34,409 nt of DNA from Candidatus Bathyarchaeota archaeon (GTDB taxonomy: Archaea > Thermoproteota > Bathyarchaeia > Bathyarchaeales > Bathycorpusculaceae): assembly GCA_030626685.1 (NCBI GenBank), contig DAOUTL010000001.1, positions 1 to 34,409 of the forward strand, read 5' to 3'. Both the position numbers and the translations under genes were made by a program. This document shows, one piece after another, positions 32,507 through 34,409 of the stretch (position 1 is its first letter; the number at the start of each line of letters is the position of its first letter). The notes beneath the pieces are model-generated. The model did no database searches and was not told where the DNA came from. It worked only from the letters and a program-made list of their open reading frames with translations.

Positions 32507-34409
32507 ATGCAAAGTCAAAAGAAATTGTACACAGTAGCAATTACAGCTTTTCTAATGCTATCACTGGTTTTTGCGGTGATGCCACTGGCAAGCGCAATTG
32601 AGGCACCAACTGTCGAGCCTGATACGGGACCTGTAGGAGAAGAGGTGAAGGTAAACGGAACTTCCACTACGCCTGGTGGCAAAATCGAGGTGTACTGGGA
32701 TGAAGTTCACGCTTGGGATGCTGAAGCTGGAACGGGCCTACTCGGCTACAAATATGCAAAAGCAGATAAGTCCTATGAGTTCAATTTCACAGTGCCTGAA
32801 GCTGTCGCCGGATCTCACGGCGTTATCGTAAAGGACGTTGAAGCTGCTGAAATAAACGGCACAGCAACGTACACCGTTACATCTAAAATTGAAATATCGC
32901 CTGAGGTTGGTCTGCCAGACGATACGGTGGACGTTGAAGGCACAGGCTTCGATGGAGAAGCAGACATCACGATAATCTTCTGGAACGGGACTTCCTGGCC
33001 TAGTGACGCCGGTATAAATAAAACAGTTGCTACAACTACTTCGAACTCCCTCGGTTCATTCACTAAATCCTTTGAGGTTCCCACCTGTGACGACAGAGAT
33101 TACAACGTTACGGCTTGGGACGGTACACATGCGGCTAATGCAACATTCACGGTTTCGCATTTGTTCATCACTTTGGATCCAACCAAGGGATCTGTAGGCA
33201 CAGAAGTAACCGTTAAGGGAAGAGGCTTCACGAAAAGTAGCACAGTTGACATATACTTCGGAACACACGTGTATCCGGCAGGCTTCTACACAAAGGTTAA
33301 GAGCGACGTGGGAACAACCAGTGCTGGAGAGTTCACGACGACGTTCTATGTTCCATCATGCGCGGCAGACGACTACGTTGTGACCGCGTTTGACGCTGAA
33401 GAAGTTTATGCTAATGCAACATTCACAGTTAGCCCCGAGCATGCAATAGAGCTGGACAAGAAGACTGGTTTTCCTGAAGCAGAGGTGGAAGTAACAGGTT
33501 ACTGGTTCACGGAAGACAGCACAGTTGACATATACTTCGACTTGGAAGTTTTAGCTGAAGACGTAGAAACAGATGAAGACGGCAACTTCACCGAGACTGT
33601 CACTATTCCTGAGGATGCTGCTAAAGGCGCTCACACCATTAAGGTTGTGGACGCGGAAGGTCTAACAGCCACCGCCAAATTCACCGTCACCGAGAAGGTA
33701 ACCTTCATTGGACCTCGCCGTTCAGGAGCTTCACCTCCAATATACCGACAAGGCGAAACTGTTAGCTTCTACGTAAACAGCACAGTAGACTTCGATACCC
33801 CCATAACACTTAAAATTTCTGATCCGGACGGCTACCCGTACGACACACTAACACTAGTATCAGGAGAGATTGAGGGCGACGGCTTTTACGTTGTGCCCTA
33901 CTCGAACGCAACCTTCACGTTGCCAAGTGACGCCTTGCTTGGAGACTGGAACTGGACAGCAACCTACGAGATGGAAGGAGAGGAGTTTGAGGACACCGGC
34001 CTCTTCACAGTAGCAGTGATGCCTTACGACGCCATGCTAACTAAGCTTGATGAACTTGACGCTAGCCTTGTAAGCCTCGACGATGACGTAGCAATACTCA
34101 GCACGGATGTTGGAGACGTCAAGGTAAGCGTTGACGCCATAGGGTTGGAAGTTGTCGACATCACGGATGGCATAGCAACGATAGAGACGAAAGTAGGCAC
34201 AATCGAAGGCAAAGTCACATCCATAGACGGAACAGTAGCAACAATCAAAACTGACATAGGCACAGTCAAAGCAGACGTTTCAACCGTAAAGGGATACTTC
34301 CCCGTAACCGTAGCCGTTGACATGACACCAGCATGGATCGCCGTAGTCCTATCACTGATAGCCGCAATAGCGGCAATAGCAGCCGTATTCACCATAACCA
34401 GAAAAATAG
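32507..34409 (+). CDS. cell-surface protein with four tandem Ig/TIG-like modules, an 11-residue-repeat stalk and a C-terminal TM anchor (3' end truncated by the window)
   Basis: Translated by hand. ATG at 32507 follows AAGGAG. Signal MQSQKKLYTVAITAFLMLSLVFAVMPLASA. The frame is open to the last base. Absent from the ORF track because no in-frame stop lies in the window. Confidence 0.85.
   Translation, partial: MQSQKKLYTVAITAFLMLSLVFAVMPLASAIEAPTVEPDTGPVGEEVKVNGTSTTPGGKIEVYWDEVHAWDAEAGTGLLGYKYAKADKSYEFNFTVPEAVAGSHGVIVKDVEAAEINGTATYTVTSKIEISPEVGLPDDTVDVEGTGFDGEADITIIFWNGTSWPSDAGINKTVATTTSNSLGSFTKSFEVPTCDDRDYNVTAWDGTHAANATFTVSHLFITLDPTKGSVGTEVTVKGRGFTKSSTVDIYFGTHVYPAGFYTKVKSDVGTTSAGEFTTTFYVPSCAADDYVVTAFDAEEVYANATFTVSPEHAIELDKKTGFPEAEVEVTGYWFTEDSTVDIYFDLEVLAEDVETDEDGNFTETVTIPEDAAKGAHTIKVVDAEGLTATAKFTVTEKVTFIGPRRSGASPPIYRQGETVSFYVNSTVDFDTPITLKISDPDGYPYDTLTLVSGEIEGDGFYVVPYSNATFTLPSDALLGDWNWTATYEMEGEEFEDTGLFTVAVMPYDAMLTKLDELDASLVSLDDDVAILSTDVGDVKVSVDAIGLEVVDITDGIATIETKVGTIEGKVTSIDGTVATIKTDIGTVKADVSTVKGYFPVTVAVDMTPAWIAVVLSLIAAIAAIAAVFTITRKI
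33134..33539 (+). repeat. intragenic DNA repeats with 276-279 nt period (recent Ig-module duplication)
   Basis: GCTAATGCAACATTCAC at 33134 and 33410. AGCACAGTTGACATATACTTCG at 33239 and 33518. Confidence 0.8.

Overview
The window looks like an archaeal accessory or defence island. Evidence for an archaeal origin: TATA/BRE-type promoters, an ATP-dependent DNA ligase, PGF-pre-PGF/CARDB surface proteins and an Alba-like ORF. After the housekeeping ligase (74-1753), about 20 toxin-antitoxin (TA) or abortive-infection modules fill roughly 22 kb. These comprise 11 intact AbrB- or RHH-type VapB plus PIN VapC pairs, one VapB with a truncated VapC, an AbiEi/AbiEii pair, a HEPN/MNT pair, two UPF0175/DUF3368 loci (one decayed), two Doc toxins and HicAB. 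A two-gene operon for very large secreted proteins (9443-15735, minus strand) interrupts the island. A third surface-protein gene (32507 to the window end) is absent from the supplied ORF track because it has no stop codon inside the window. The non-coding parts hold the most unusual signals. (1) Two secreted-protein operons share a near-identical promoter and a structured 5' leader with G-U-compatible covariation. (2) Two clusters of tRNA 3'-end-like fragments flank a 1-kb doc cassette as composite direct repeats, and one cluster abuts a CRISPR-repeat-like pair ending in ATTGAAAG. (3) A GTGAACTACC-plus-hairpin element recurs at cassette boundaries. (4) A terminator plus AC-rich repeat family, duplicated junctions of a truncated PIN gene and several gene relics also occur. 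Together these suggest that TA cassettes here are gained, shuffled and degraded by recombination at recurrent junction sequences. No integrase, transposase or cas gene is visible in the window. All domain calls come from reading motifs by eye, with no database search, so family names are hypotheses graded by confidence.
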